From: Ignavibacteriota bacterium
Lineage (GTDB): Bacteria; Bacteroidota; Ignavibacteria; UBA10030
Direction of reading: 5' to 3'
Assembly (NCBI GenBank): GCA_963727825.1
Contig: CAVSHO010000001.1
Coordinates: forward strand, 384,001 to 448,000
Length of the DNA stretch: 64,000 bases
The position numbers and the translations under genes are program-made. Of this stretch, positions 53,480-63,675 are shown piece after piece. Position 1 is the stretch's first letter; the number at the start of each line of letters is the position of its first letter. The notes beneath the pieces were generated by a model that saw only the letters and a program-made list of their open reading frames with translations, did not search any database and was not told the origin of the DNA.

Positions 53480-54269
53480 GAATAACTAACAAGCAACATT
53501 GATAAGTGTGTTATAAATTGTAAATAAAACGAAATTGCCAAATTTAAAATGAACGATTTCGTTTTGTAGCAGTGGAAAATCTCAAGTTGAAATTCGTATA
53601 TTATTTAAGAGGATCTTTATAGTTTCCATTATTGGCTTCAGCCCCGAACTTGCCATTGTTTGAATCAACGATCGTAATCATTACATAATCGTAACTGCAA
53701 CAAAATTCCGCATTCTTTCAAATTGACGTTTTGGCGGATGAAGTAATGTTTACAGCACCAGAAGCCTTTTTCCCTAATCAAATTGCCGACGCTTGATAAT
53801 GAAAAAATACTAACTTATCATTAGTACATCCTTTTAGGTAGGTCAATTCATTTTTAAATCGATATAAAGATTGACATTACGATCTCGAAAGTGTAGATTT
53901 CTCAAGGGTGCAAATCTAGAAAACTATGCGAGACAGAAAACAGGGAATCGGGAAATAATATTGTCCCACTTTTACAAAGGAATTCAAACCTAGAATGGGA
54001 TCGCATGGTTCTTTGGGGAATATAATAAAAGTCAATTGACGCGTGATCCTTTCGATGGGGACTTACTCTGTGGGGATGATTTGTAAGAAGACAAAACCCG
54101 TTTACGATTTTAATCGGTTTTTTTATCATCCGATCTCGAGGTTCATAGAGCCATTTTATCTACAAATAATCGGTGATACAGACTATGGAATTACCTATAG
54201 ACACAATAACTCCAAGTTTTTTCTAATTAGTAACCGCAACTATTTTCACACCTGTTCTATTGATCGCAC

Positions 54270-55013
54270 ATGAATAATTGGTGGCTCGATATTATCCTTA
54301 TTGTAAGTGCATGTGCTGTATATATTGGCGGTGCATTTCAATATCGCTATATCAAAAGGGGACAAAAACGTGAGCAAGAATTATCACATATGCTGATCGA
54401 TCTTCAGGAAAAAGAGAGAAAAAGAATTGCAGCTGAATTACATGACAGTATTGGTCAGGATATTCTAATTATAAAGAATTATGCATTGATAGGACTTCGG
54501 TCAAAGAAGAACCTGTCCAAAATGGCTAAACAGTTACATGAAATATCATCTTTTGCTTCTCAAACACTGGAAGACGTGCGGAAGATCTCGCAAAATCTGC
54601 GCCCAGTTCTTTTGGATCGTCTAGGACTCACAGAAGCACTTAAACATCTTGTGGCAACAATTGGCACTGTGACTTCAATCGATATTACAGCGTCCATTAT
54701 AGAAGTGGATAATATTTTTGACAAAGATTCCGAGATTAATCTTTTCAGGTTGGTTCAGGAAGCTCTTAATAATATCATAAAACATTCTCAAGCGAAAGAA
54801 GCTGACGTAAAAATCACAAAAGATGATAAAATGATTCATTTGATCATCTCTGACAATGGCAAAGGTTTGGTTAAGACGACGCCTGAGAGAAAAATGTATG
54901 ATGGATTTGGACTTATAGTTATGTCAGAAAGAGTAAAGATGCTTAATGGTTCATTGAATTGTGTCTCCACTCCAGGAATCGGAACAATGCTCTTGATCGA
55001 TATACCTTTGTAG
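54270..55013 (+). CDS. Membrane-anchored HisKA_3 histidine kinase with no extracellular sensor domain
   Basis: Single N-terminal TM, QEKERKRIAAELHDSIGQ, QEALNNIIKHS, DNGKG, GFGL. Confidence 0.85.
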   Translation: MNNWWLDIILIVSACAVYIGGAFQYRYIKRGQKREQELSHMLIDLQEKERKRIAAELHDSIGQDILIIKNYALIGLRSKKNLSKMAKQLHEISSFASQTLEDVRKISQNLRPVLLDRLGLTEALKHLVATIGTVTSIDITASIIEVDNIFDKDSEINLFRLVQEALNNIIKHSQAKEADVKITKDDKMIHLIISDNGKGLVKTTPERKMYDGFGLIVMSERVKMLNGSLNCVSTPGIGTMLLIDIPL

Positions 55014-55019
55014 ATAACA

Positions 55020-55673
55020 GTGATAAAAATTATTCAAATACTCATTGTCGATGATCATCCCGTATTCCGGAGTGGTCTACGGAGTATCATTGAATCCGAA
55101 AAAAAAATGCATATCGTTGGCGATGTACCTAATGGTGAAGTAGCGCTCGAATTTCTCAAAGATCATTCTATCGATGTTGTAATACTTGACCTAGACATGC
55201 CAAAGATGAACGGCCTAGAATTTGCAGAGGCGGTTGCTAAACAAAATATTCCCGTCGAGATTATCATTCTTACCATGTATAAAGAGGAAGAGCTGTTTTC
55301 CCGCGCGATGGACCTTGGAGTAAAAGGATTCGTGAGCAAAGAAAATGCTGTAACCGAGATTGCTGAAGCAATACGTACGGTGACCGATGGACGTTATTTT
55401 GTCAGTTCTATGTACTCTCATTATTTGGTTCGTCGAAGTAGTTCACCGCCGGCACTATCGGGTAGATCGACCGATCTTGAACTATTAACAGCGGCTGAAC
55501 GAAAAGTTCTTAAACTTATTGCAGAGAATAAAAGCACTAAACAGATTGCAGAAGAGCTATTCATAAGTCCAAAAACCGTTGAAAATCATCGTACAAATAT
55601 TTGCATAAAATTGGGTATTCATGGCAGCCATGCACTCTTGCGGTTCCTACTAGAGAACAGATCTCTTCTCTAA
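55020..55673 (+). CDS. NarL/LuxR-family response regulator
   Basis: LIVDDHPVFRSG, LDLDMP, LTAAERKV, ISPKTVENHR. Confidence 0.92.
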   Translation: MIKIIQILIVDDHPVFRSGLRSIIESEKKMHIVGDVPNGEVALEFLKDHSIDVVILDLDMPKMNGLEFAEAVAKQNIPVEIIILTMYKEEELFSRAMDLGVKGFVSKENAVTEIAEAIRTVTDGRYFVSSMYSHYLVRRSSSPPALSGRSTDLELLTAAERKVLKLIAENKSTKQIAEELFISPKTVENHRTNICIKLGIHGSHALLRFLLENRSLL

Positions 55674-55857
55674 GCGCCATATTGGTCAATTGCAACGAAA
55701 ATTGAATAAAATTTCAAGGTATTGACTTAACTCTCCATTTCTTGCTTAAGTGGAAACACCTAGGGAACAGAATAAGGGAAAACCCCGATTGCATATGTGT
55801 AGGCAAAAGAATAAACTATACCCAAGAAATTAAGCCGTTATACTTTGAGATAGAATT

Positions 55858-56211
55858 ATGAATTCATGTTTAAGCGTTTTAATTGTCGATGATAATGCAA
55901 AAATGAGATCGATGATTGCGGAAATTTTAAAACAAAAGACAAGTAAGATATTCGAATGTTCGGATGGTGTGGATGCACTTAGTGAATATATTATTCATCG
56001 TCCTGATTGGATATTGATGGATGTAAAGATGAATAATATGGATGGTCTCACTGCGACTGGATTGATTCATGAATATTTTCCCAAAGCTAAGGTCATGATT
56101 GTTTCTCAAGATGACACCAAAGCGATAAGACAAGCCGCATACGAGGTTGGTGCATCGGCATTTGTTGGGAAAGAAAATTTATTAGGCATCTTGGATAAAT
56201 TAAAGCAATAA
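55858..56211 (+). CDS. Single-domain response regulator
   Basis: LIVDDN, ILMDVKM, FVGKE. Confidence 0.85.
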   Translation: MNSCLSVLIVDDNAKMRSMIAEILKQKTSKIFECSDGVDALSEYIIHRPDWILMDVKMNNMDGLTATGLIHEYFPKAKVMIVSQDDTKAIRQAAYEVGASAFVGKENLLGILDKLKQ

Positions 56212-56243
56212 GAATATTGCAGGACATTAAGGGATAAATCAGC

Positions 56244-56687
56244 GTGAATGGGAGTGTAAAAGTTGTATTAGTAATTGGGTTTAGTGTTGTATTTGGTTTC
56301 TATGCTTTCATGATCCAAGGAAACAACAACAGGATCATACAGGTAGGAAATCAAAGAAGTTATTACACAGAAGCGTGTATGATCACAACTGCCGGTCTAA
56401 ATGATGCTATCTACAATATGAGAGATACGTCGTTGTGGGCGGGCGGGTTAAGCAACCCAGTGAAAGTCAATAATCTAGTGCTGGCAGGTGGTGATACTGC
56501 ATCATATATTGTTGAAAGAAATCTAAGTGGTCTTTCCTCTGATGAAGCGCGAGTAACTGTGACTGGAAAATATGGAGGTGTTTCAGCGAAACAAATTGCG
56601 GTCATCAAAAAAGTTCTAACATATCCATATTATAGATGTCAGGTTGTTAATGTTTATGTCTATCCATATCAACTCCCCGCTTCCTAG
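56244..56687 (+). CDS. Pilin-like/PilX-like protein with N-terminal hydrophobic helix
   Basis: N-terminal TM, then EACMITTAGLNDAIY and ARVTVTGKYG (PilX-like pattern); upstream of pilC/pilB. Confidence 0.5.
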   Translation: MNGSVKVVLVIGFSVVFGFYAFMIQGNNNRIIQVGNQRSYYTEACMITTAGLNDAIYNMRDTSLWAGGLSNPVKVNNLVLAGGDTASYIVERNLSGLSSDEARVTVTGKYGGVSAKQIAVIKKVLTYPYYRCQVVNVYVYPYQLPAS

Positions 56688-57016
56688 CTTTACCAAGAAT
56701 CTACACACACTACATTTTTTATTTTGCACTTCTTTTTCGATAAACTGATCAGATCTTCTTTGCATTAAATGAATATCGAGTTCATTGCATAAGAGATAGT
56801 GCAAATCGTACTTGTATTTGCCCCTTTATCCTGACTCCAATTAGAATTCATGTGCGTGCAAATTTCTTTAATAATGGATATATTACCAATAGATTAATAT
56901 GGAAATATCAAAGTGAGCTGATGGAAACTACTATTGAGACTCTATTGCAATATTTTTACTATATTACTTTTCAAGTGATATACTAAGTATGTATGAAAGA
57001 CTAGAATGGAAATTTA

Positions 57017-58351
57017 ATGCAAACATCTAGTACAAATGAATATCGAGTAACGATTCGCGACAAGTCTGGCAATATCACACGGCGACAAATTGTTGCGACA
57101 TCAACAGCCCATGCAAAAAAACGTGCAACCGCTTTTATTCAGCAGGGCAGCATAATTCAATCCATAAAGCAAAAGGTCACGTATCGATATCGAGTTTTAC
57201 AGGGTAAAAATATCATAGAAGGATCTCAAAGTGCCTATTCACGGGAAGAGGTTGTTCTTGGTCTTCAACGCTTGGGATTCAAAATTAAATCGGTACAAAG
57301 ACGCACAAATTTTTTTATAAAAGCTCCAGCTAGTGAAATAGTAGGCTTCATTAAGCAATCCGCAAAGCTAATCGAGCAGAAGCTTCCTTTTAATGATGTC
57401 CTCCAATTAATGGCAAACCATATAAAGGAAAAGAACCTCCGTGGTGCTTTACACGAAATTATTAATGACCTGCGAAATGGAATAGATTCACAAGAAGCTT
57501 TTATACGTCAAGCACCTGTGTTTGGATATCATACGAGCCTCATGCTGGGAATCGCGACCAAGAGCGGTAACATAGAACAAGTATTTGAAAGTGTGGCACA
57601 GCTGGTGGAACGACAAGCGGATTTTAAAAAAGGATTGACCAGTTCTCTTATGCTTCCAGCTGTTACAGCAATCACAATGGTTGGAGCGATTGGATTCTAT
57701 GTGGTATATCTTTTGCCTCAAATGATGGAGATGTTGGGGCCCAACATGGAAGAAATTCCACCATTGACTGCGATGACATTGGGAGTAAGTGATTGGCTTA
57801 AAGAATATTATATATATATAGCTGCCCTTATCTTTGTCGTCTCGCTTATTTTCTATTTATACATAACTTCTACACAAGGACGCTTGAAGTATCATCAATT
57901 TCTCATTCGCGTTCCATATATTGGCCGAATTCTGCGTGATACAAGCACCGAAATCTTTTGTCGGGTGTTTGGAATTATGTATGCCTCCTCAGGCGAGAAC
58001 ATTGATGCGATTCAAATTGCCGGAGATACTTGTGGTAATCCGTATTTGGCTTATCAGATCCGGAATGTGGCAGTTCCACATATGTTGCGGTTTGGAGTGG
58101 AACTCGGAAAAGCGATAGAAGAAACGGGATTCTTCCCCGAGTTGGTTACATCGCGATTCAAAACTGGTGCGGAGACTGGCAACGTCAAAGCGACAGCAAT
58201 GCAACTTGCTGATTATTATCAAATGGAAAACGGATACGCCATGAAAAATTTGGCAAATGTTATTGAAATGGCAGTGACAGTGATGATTACAATCTCACTT
58301 GTTTTTCTTACACTTCTTTCAACAGAAACAGCGAATGTGCATCTTAAATGA
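57017..58351 (+). CDS. pilC: Type IV pilus/T2SS inner-membrane platform protein PilC/GspF
   Basis: Two T2SSF repeats (ATKSGNIEQVF; TGAETGNVKAT), IPPLT, RVPYIGRI, three TMs. Confidence 0.85.
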   Translation: MQTSSTNEYRVTIRDKSGNITRRQIVATSTAHAKKRATAFIQQGSIIQSIKQKVTYRYRVLQGKNIIEGSQSAYSREEVVLGLQRLGFKIKSVQRRTNFFIKAPASEIVGFIKQSAKLIEQKLPFNDVLQLMANHIKEKNLRGALHEIINDLRNGIDSQEAFIRQAPVFGYHTSLMLGIATKSGNIEQVFESVAQLVERQADFKKGLTSSLMLPAVTAITMVGAIGFYVVYLLPQMMEMLGPNMEEIPPLTAMTLGVSDWLKEYYIYIAALIFVVSLIFYLYITSTQGRLKYHQFLIRVPYIGRILRDTSTEIFCRVFGIMYASSGENIDAIQIAGDTCGNPYLAYQIRNVAVPHMLRFGVELGKAIEETGFFPELVTSRFKTGAETGNVKATAMQLADYYQMENGYAMKNLANVIEMAVTVMITISLVFLTLLSTETANVHLK

Positions 58352-58413
58352 AGATAACAACGATATGTTCTTGAGTAAAGATTAGTCATCATCCATCGAC
58401 GAGAGCAAGTAAT

Positions 58414-60258
58414 ATGATGAATTCAATGGGATCCGAGACGACGAGTAGTTTTAAAAAACGCGACCTTGGTGATATCCTAGTAGAAAAAGGGATTGTCACT
58501 CCTGAAATTTTATCTGAAGCAATTAAGACCATGAGCGGAGATACTCAAAAACAAAGACGAAACCTCCCATGGATCCTATGTAACACGTTTAATGTAGATC
58601 GTGAACTACTGTATATGGAGGTTGCTAAGTTTTACGCATTTCGCATCTTGGATATTTCCAAAACAAAGCTCGAGGATAGTCATCTCGCATTTATCCGACG
58701 TGAGTTCAATGCACTCCCAGATTCAATAAAAGATAAGGCTATTGACCACAGTGTGTTGCCATATTCAGTTGATCCGAATCGGTTGGATCGTCTCCTTATT
58801 GCAACGCCGGATCCTACCGGTGCGGGGGCTGTGTCCGTTGCACGCGCATTTCGCTATGGCAAATTCGAGATTTGTTATATGCCCTTTTCGCAGTGGAACG
58901 ATCTGTGGAAACGTGTTGCGATCGATCGATCATCCTATCAGCAGCATTTAGATGAGTCAAGTTATCTGCAGGATGAAACTGAAGAGGAAGCAGAACAATA
59001 CGAACAAGCCCTGGAAGATGAAATTAGCAAAAGCGGACTTGTCGAGCTCGTTGAAAAAATATTTGTTGATGGTGTTCGTGTCGGTGCGAGCGATATCCAT
59101 GTAATTCCACGAGGTGAAAAGGTTACGGAATTTCACTTTCGAGTCGATGGAAAACTTTCGCTCTGGTATACCTACACCGATGCACGCGCAGAAGCTGTGT
59201 CCGCTGTAGTGAAGGATCGAGCAAAAAACCTCGATCGTTTTGAGCGGAATGTCGCTCAGGATGGATTTGCCCAAATTATAATTGACCGAAAAGCCGTTCG
59301 CTATCGACTTTCAGTAATTCCAATAGTGGGAAAGGAACTGAAAAGCAGATATGAATCGATTGTAATCAGAATACTGCAAGAACCAAATCTTAGTATCCGC
59401 ATCGAAGAACTTGGGTTTGAACCATATGCTGAACAAGCACTTCGCAACGCTCTATCAAAACCCCATGGAATCGTCATTGTGACAGGTCCGACGGGCAGCG
59501 GTAAAAGCACGACACTCGTTGCTGCGCTGAGGACGATCATGAACCCATCTGTCAATATAATGACCGTTGAAGATCCGGTGGAATATTTAATTGAGGGTGG
59601 TCGTCAGGTAAAACTTAACCCGAAACTCGATTTCGAAGGAGCACTACGAGCCATACTTCGTCACGATCCAGATATTATTATGGTAGGCGAGATACGTGAC
59701 CGCATCACTGCTGATATTGCTATCAAGTTTGCAAACACCGGCCACCTGACTTTATCGACACTGCACACGAACGATGCCCCGAGCGCCATCTCGCGTCTCT
59801 TCAAGATGGGAGTGGAGCCATTCCTGATCGGCTATGCGATCAATCTTATCCTTGCGCAGCGTCTCGTACGCAAACTTTGTCCAAAATGTAAGGCGGTCAT
59901 CGATGAAATAGATATGGAAGCTCTCCGAAAACTCGGAATCGATCCTGACGATTTAAAACAAACTAAGATCTACCGTCCTATGGGTTGCGGAGATTGTGTG
60001 CATGGGTACAAAGGCCGGATGGCCATACACGAAGCTTTATATTTCTATAAAAATATCAGACAGCTCATTCTTAGATCGGATCAATTAGTGGATGAAGATG
60101 CATTGCGAGTTCTTGCGGCAAAAAACGGAATGCAGACACTAAGACACTCGGCGATAGAATTAATGAAGAAAGGTATCACCTCTATAGAAGAGGTCGCCAC
60201 TGTGACTATGGAAGACGAGTCTCAGATTGTTTCAACATATCTTGATGTTAATAATTAA
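58414..60258 (+). CDS. pilB: Type IV pilus/T2SS assembly ATPase PilB/GspE
   Basis: LGDILVEKG N-terminus, ASDIH, GPTGSGKST, TVEDPVEY, LRHDPDIIMVGEIRD, TGHL..STLH, CPKC...GCGDC. Confidence 0.93.
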   Translation: MMNSMGSETTSSFKKRDLGDILVEKGIVTPEILSEAIKTMSGDTQKQRRNLPWILCNTFNVDRELLYMEVAKFYAFRILDISKTKLEDSHLAFIRREFNALPDSIKDKAIDHSVLPYSVDPNRLDRLLIATPDPTGAGAVSVARAFRYGKFEICYMPFSQWNDLWKRVAIDRSSYQQHLDESSYLQDETEEEAEQYEQALEDEISKSGLVELVEKIFVDGVRVGASDIHVIPRGEKVTEFHFRVDGKLSLWYTYTDARAEAVSAVVKDRAKNLDRFERNVAQDGFAQIIIDRKAVRYRLSVIPIVGKELKSRYESIVIRILQEPNLSIRIEELGFEPYAEQALRNALSKPHGIVIVTGPTGSGKSTTLVAALRTIMNPSVNIMTVEDPVEYLIEGGRQVKLNPKLDFEGALRAILRHDPDIIMVGEIRDRITADIAIKFANTGHLTLSTLHTNDAPSAISRLFKMGVEPFLIGYAINLILAQRLVRKLCPKCKAVIDEIDMEALRKLGIDPDDLKQTKIYRPMGCGDCVHGYKGRMAIHEALYFYKNIRQLILRSDQLVDEDALRVLAAKNGMQTLRHSAIELMKKGITSIEEVATVTMEDESQIVSTYLDVNN

Positions 60259-60359
60259 TCGTAGAGGCTGCAACAGTCTCGATGGAAGGCGATTAAAGTG
60301 TTTGGCTGTTTTGGTTTGTATGTTTTGCGGGAGTTAGGATCATTGTATAAAGGGGCAAG

Positions 60360-60905
60360 ATGAGTTTAGGACAATCGATATTGGCGGCTGCTGCACTCAT
60401 TGTGCTTACAATATTGGTGATCAGTGCAAATAGAATGATTGTTCAGAGTCAGCAGGACGAATATAGGATTATAGCCGTTAAAGAAGCCAGCGAAATCGCA
60501 AGCTCTATAATCAATGAAGCACTGAGTAAACAATACGATTCATATAATCCATCCACGTATGTGACGAATCCCAACGATTTTTCTAATCCAGGACCAAACC
60601 CAACAACAGAGCAACCTTATGTTCCATCGAACCCATATTACGATACGTCTTTGATTCCGTATGCATCTAAGTTCCGTTCGATGATATATTATAATGATTT
60701 TGATGATTATAATGGATATTGGCGGAAAGTCGACACTCAAACCCTAAAAGGATATTTAGCAAAATGTACAGTGGGGTATGTACAATCCAGCAATTTCAAT
60801 ATTTCCACGGGTACAAAAGGATACTTTAAACGAATAGTTGTGACAGTGGAACATCCAATGTATCTTGAACCACCAATATCTTTCAGTGCAGTAAAAACCT
60901 ACTAG
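60360..60905 (+). CDS. Minor pilin-like protein (PilV-like)
   Basis: Long N-terminal hydrophobic helix, FDDYNG, KRIVVTVEHP; follows pilB. Confidence 0.55.
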   Translation: MSLGQSILAAAALIVLTILVISANRMIVQSQQDEYRIIAVKEASEIASSIINEALSKQYDSYNPSTYVTNPNDFSNPGPNPTTEQPYVPSNPYYDTSLIPYASKFRSMIYYNDFDDYNGYWRKVDTQTLKGYLAKCTVGYVQSSNFNISTGTKGYFKRIVVTVEHPMYLEPPISFSAVKTY

Positions 60906-60907
60906 TT

Positions 60908-61438
60908 ATGGTATTCTTTGATATAATCCAATCCTACATTATTAAAGGAGCTATCATTCTCGTTATTCTCCAAACGATGCTTTTATTGCAGAACTTACTC
61001 TATCAACATACTGAAAAGGCGGTGTTGGAGGAGGAACTCGGTACTGCCTCATTTACCTTCTCTTCCGATATGCAACAGGCGGGGTACAATTCTGCGACGG
61101 CTTTTACGATTGCAGATACAAGCGGGATTGGAATAAAAGGTGATATCGATAACGATGGTACTGCTGACGATGTAAGATATTATCTTGCCCCAATGCCATC
61201 TTCAACGAAATTCTATTTGGAGAGAACGGTCAACAACGGGACGCCGTCCATAGTGGGAAGAAATTTTAGAAAATTTTATCTCACTTACTATGATAATGCC
61301 GGTAATACGACATCTATTTTGTCGAATATCAAATCAATCTCCATTCAAGCGACTATGGAAAACGATGTACAATTTTATGGCGACTATCTCAGATCCTCTT
61401 GGCAGACTCAGATATTCCCTCCCAGTATTAATAATTAA
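60908..61438 (+). CDS. Minor pilin-like protein (PilW-like)
   Basis: N-terminal hydrophobic helix, SDMQQAGY, DIDNDGTAD, FYLTYYD, IKSISI. Confidence 0.6.
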   Translation: MVFFDIIQSYIIKGAIILVILQTMLLLQNLLYQHTEKAVLEEELGTASFTFSSDMQQAGYNSATAFTIADTSGIGIKGDIDNDGTADDVRYYLAPMPSSTKFYLERTVNNGTPSIVGRNFRKFYLTYYDNAGNTTSILSNIKSISIQATMENDVQFYGDYLRSSWQTQIFPPSINN

Positions 61439-61727
61439 AGGGAGCCTCTCCGAAATTCCATCCCCCAAAAAGCCGTTGCATACCTTTGACGGTAAAAAAG
61501 CGCTATATCAGGTTAACATTTATACTGGCTTGGTTTATGAAGTATCAGTTAATACAGAAAGATCCGAACAATCCGCTCTCGATTTAATTACTACTCATCG
61601 GGATTATTTCTTAAAAGATGTATAATTTGACTATTAATTTATTATTGTATACAAATTGATAATTTAGTAAAATACAACGGGGATCATCATAAAGTATCAA
61701 GAATGAAGGACAGAAAAAGGAATTGAA

Positions 61728-62780
61728 ATGGCAGATAAAAATGAAAAAGAAATGATATATCTGGATCGTAATGAAAATAATTATGGTCCGGCTCCTAAGT
61801 GTTATGGGGTTCTGAAAAACATTGATTTTCGACAATTAAGCTGGTATACACGAATATATGAAAAAAGTGCAAAAGGAGAATTATCGCTGAGGTTAGCCAA
61901 AGAATATAATCTTCCTGAAAAAAATATTGTTATGGGCTACGGCGGTGAGGACCTTCTCAAAGCTATAATTCATTGCTATCTTAAAAAAGGAGAAACACTT
62001 CTGATTCCGGCTTTTTCCTGGTGGTATTATAAATCTATTGCATCAGAAGTTGGCGGAAATACGGCTGAGTATCCATTATATGCGGGTGAAGAAAGTTATC
62101 ATTATGATATTGAGGGAACGCTTAAGGTATATCGTCAATTTAGGCCTAAAATTGTATTCATCAGTTCACCAAATAACCCTACAGGTAACAGTTTAACTCC
62201 TGAACAACTCAATAAAATACTCGATGAAATGAAAGACACTATTGTTGTTCTGGATGAAGCCTATGCTATGTTCAAAACTACGGATAAATCTTACGTTAAG
62301 GATGTTGTAGAAAAATATCCGAAAGTGGCCGTTATCAGGACATTCTCAAAATATTTTGCCTTAGCTGGCGTTAGAATTGGTTATGCCTTAATCGGTAGTG
62401 AATTGGACTATTTTGGACTGCTCAATTCCAAATACCTGGGTTATGACCGGATCAATGAACAGGTTGCTATTGCCGCGCTGGATTCAATGCCTTATTATGA
62501 ACGTATAACAGCACAGATGAATGAAGATAAAGAAATGTTTTTTAATGAATTCCGCAAACTTCCAGGATTCAAACCCTACCGTTCGGATGCAAATTTTATA
62601 TTGGTCGATATGGAAAAAAATAAAATGGCTGCTATGGATGATTTTCTGAAGAGAAAAGGGTTTGTTATCAAATTTATGAATGAAAAGATTTTGGATTCTC
62701 AATTACGAATTACAGTTGGAACGCATCAGGAAAACGTTCAATTAATGAATGCCATTAAGGAATTTGCCGCCAAGCAATAA
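61728..62780 (+). CDS. HisC/CobD-like PLP-dependent aminotransferase or decarboxylase
   Basis: LDRNENNYGP, SPNNPTG, LDEAY, RTFSKYFALAGVRIGY. Confidence 0.85.
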   Translation: MADKNEKEMIYLDRNENNYGPAPKCYGVLKNIDFRQLSWYTRIYEKSAKGELSLRLAKEYNLPEKNIVMGYGGEDLLKAIIHCYLKKGETLLIPAFSWWYYKSIASEVGGNTAEYPLYAGEESYHYDIEGTLKVYRQFRPKIVFISSPNNPTGNSLTPEQLNKILDEMKDTIVVLDEAYAMFKTTDKSYVKDVVEKYPKVAVIRTFSKYFALAGVRIGYALIGSELDYFGLLNSKYLGYDRINEQVAIAALDSMPYYERITAQMNEDKEMFFNEFRKLPGFKPYRSDANFILVDMEKNKMAAMDDFLKRKGFVIKFMNEKILDSQLRITVGTHQENVQLMNAIKEFAAKQ

Positions 62781-62796
62781 TTCTAAATCACTACCT

Positions 62797-63675
62797 ATGA
62801 AACTCACGGAAGAATATAAAAAGTCGCTCAAGCATATTGAAGCTGAAGAGCCTCTTGATCTGAGTTTTTACCGTATTATTTCTTTTCTATTTGTAAAAGT
62901 CATTCTGCCCTTTCCCATTACGCCGAACCAGATATCCATTGCCGCGCTTATTATGGGGGTGATTAGTGCTGTCTTCTATGCCTTTGGAAGTAAAGAAGCC
63001 TTTTTAATTGCCGCGGTTTTTTATGCAATTTATTATTTATTCGATCTGAGCGATGGACAGGTTGCCCGGCTGAAAAAAAACGGCACCAGGATTGGCAGGA
63101 TCGTTGATGGCATTGCCGATTATGTGACTCATGTTTCTATTTATATCGGATTGGGTATCGGACTGGGGAATGATCTCAATACCTGGCTCCTAGTAATTGG
63201 GACCTTGATTTGCCTGATGGCTCAGGTTATCCTGTTTGATTTTTACAGAAACCGCTATCTAGAATATAAACTTGGAGAGATAAATCTTTTCGGGGAAGAT
63301 TTGAGACAATTCCAGCATGAATATGAAGAATTAAAAAGCTCGCCGGGTAAAAAAATAGAAAAACTGGTTTATTTTTTGTATCTGAAATATCTGGCCGTGC
63401 AGCAATTCTTTATTCCTAAAGCCGAAAAAGAGCAAAAAAGGAAGAAATTTGATACGGTTGATTTTTTAAAGAAGAACAAACTGGTTATCCGGCTCTGGTC
63501 ATTTATGGGCAGTTCACTGCATATTACTCTGCTTCTTATCATGTCGGTTTTGAATCGTATTGATTTATATCTGTATGGGATTCTTATTTTTATCAATATT
63601 TATGCTGTACTTTTGGTTATTCTGCAGACCTTTATAGATTCAAAAACAAAATTAGCAGAAAAGGATGTTATATAA
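62797..63675 (+). CDS. CDP-alcohol phosphatidyltransferase family protein
   Basis: ITPNQIS and the signature DLSDGQVARLKKNGTRIGRIVDGIAD (DxxDGxxAR...GxxxDxxxD). Confidence 0.92.
   Translation: MKLTEEYKKSLKHIEAEEPLDLSFYRIISFLFVKVILPFPITPNQISIAALIMGVISAVFYAFGSKEAFLIAAVFYAIYYLFDLSDGQVARLKKNGTRIGRIVDGIADYVTHVSIYIGLGIGLGNDLNTWLLVIGTLICLMAQVILFDFYRNRYLEYKLGEINLFGEDLRQFQHEYEELKSSPGKKIEKLVYFLYLKYLAVQQFFIPKAEKEQKRKKFDTVDFLKKNKLVIRLWSFMGSSLHITLLLIMSVLNRIDLYLYGILIFINIYAVLLVILQTFIDSKTKLAEKDVI

Noticed and set aside
53480-54269. c-di-GMP riboswitch or ncRNA in the long intergenic region before the kinase
   Set aside because: No convincing GEMM consensus or stable conserved-looking structure found by eye.
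57807-57820. (TA)n run in pilC as a phase-variation tract
   Set aside because: Short, in frame, encodes YYIYI in a TM region; expected by chance in AT-rich DNA.
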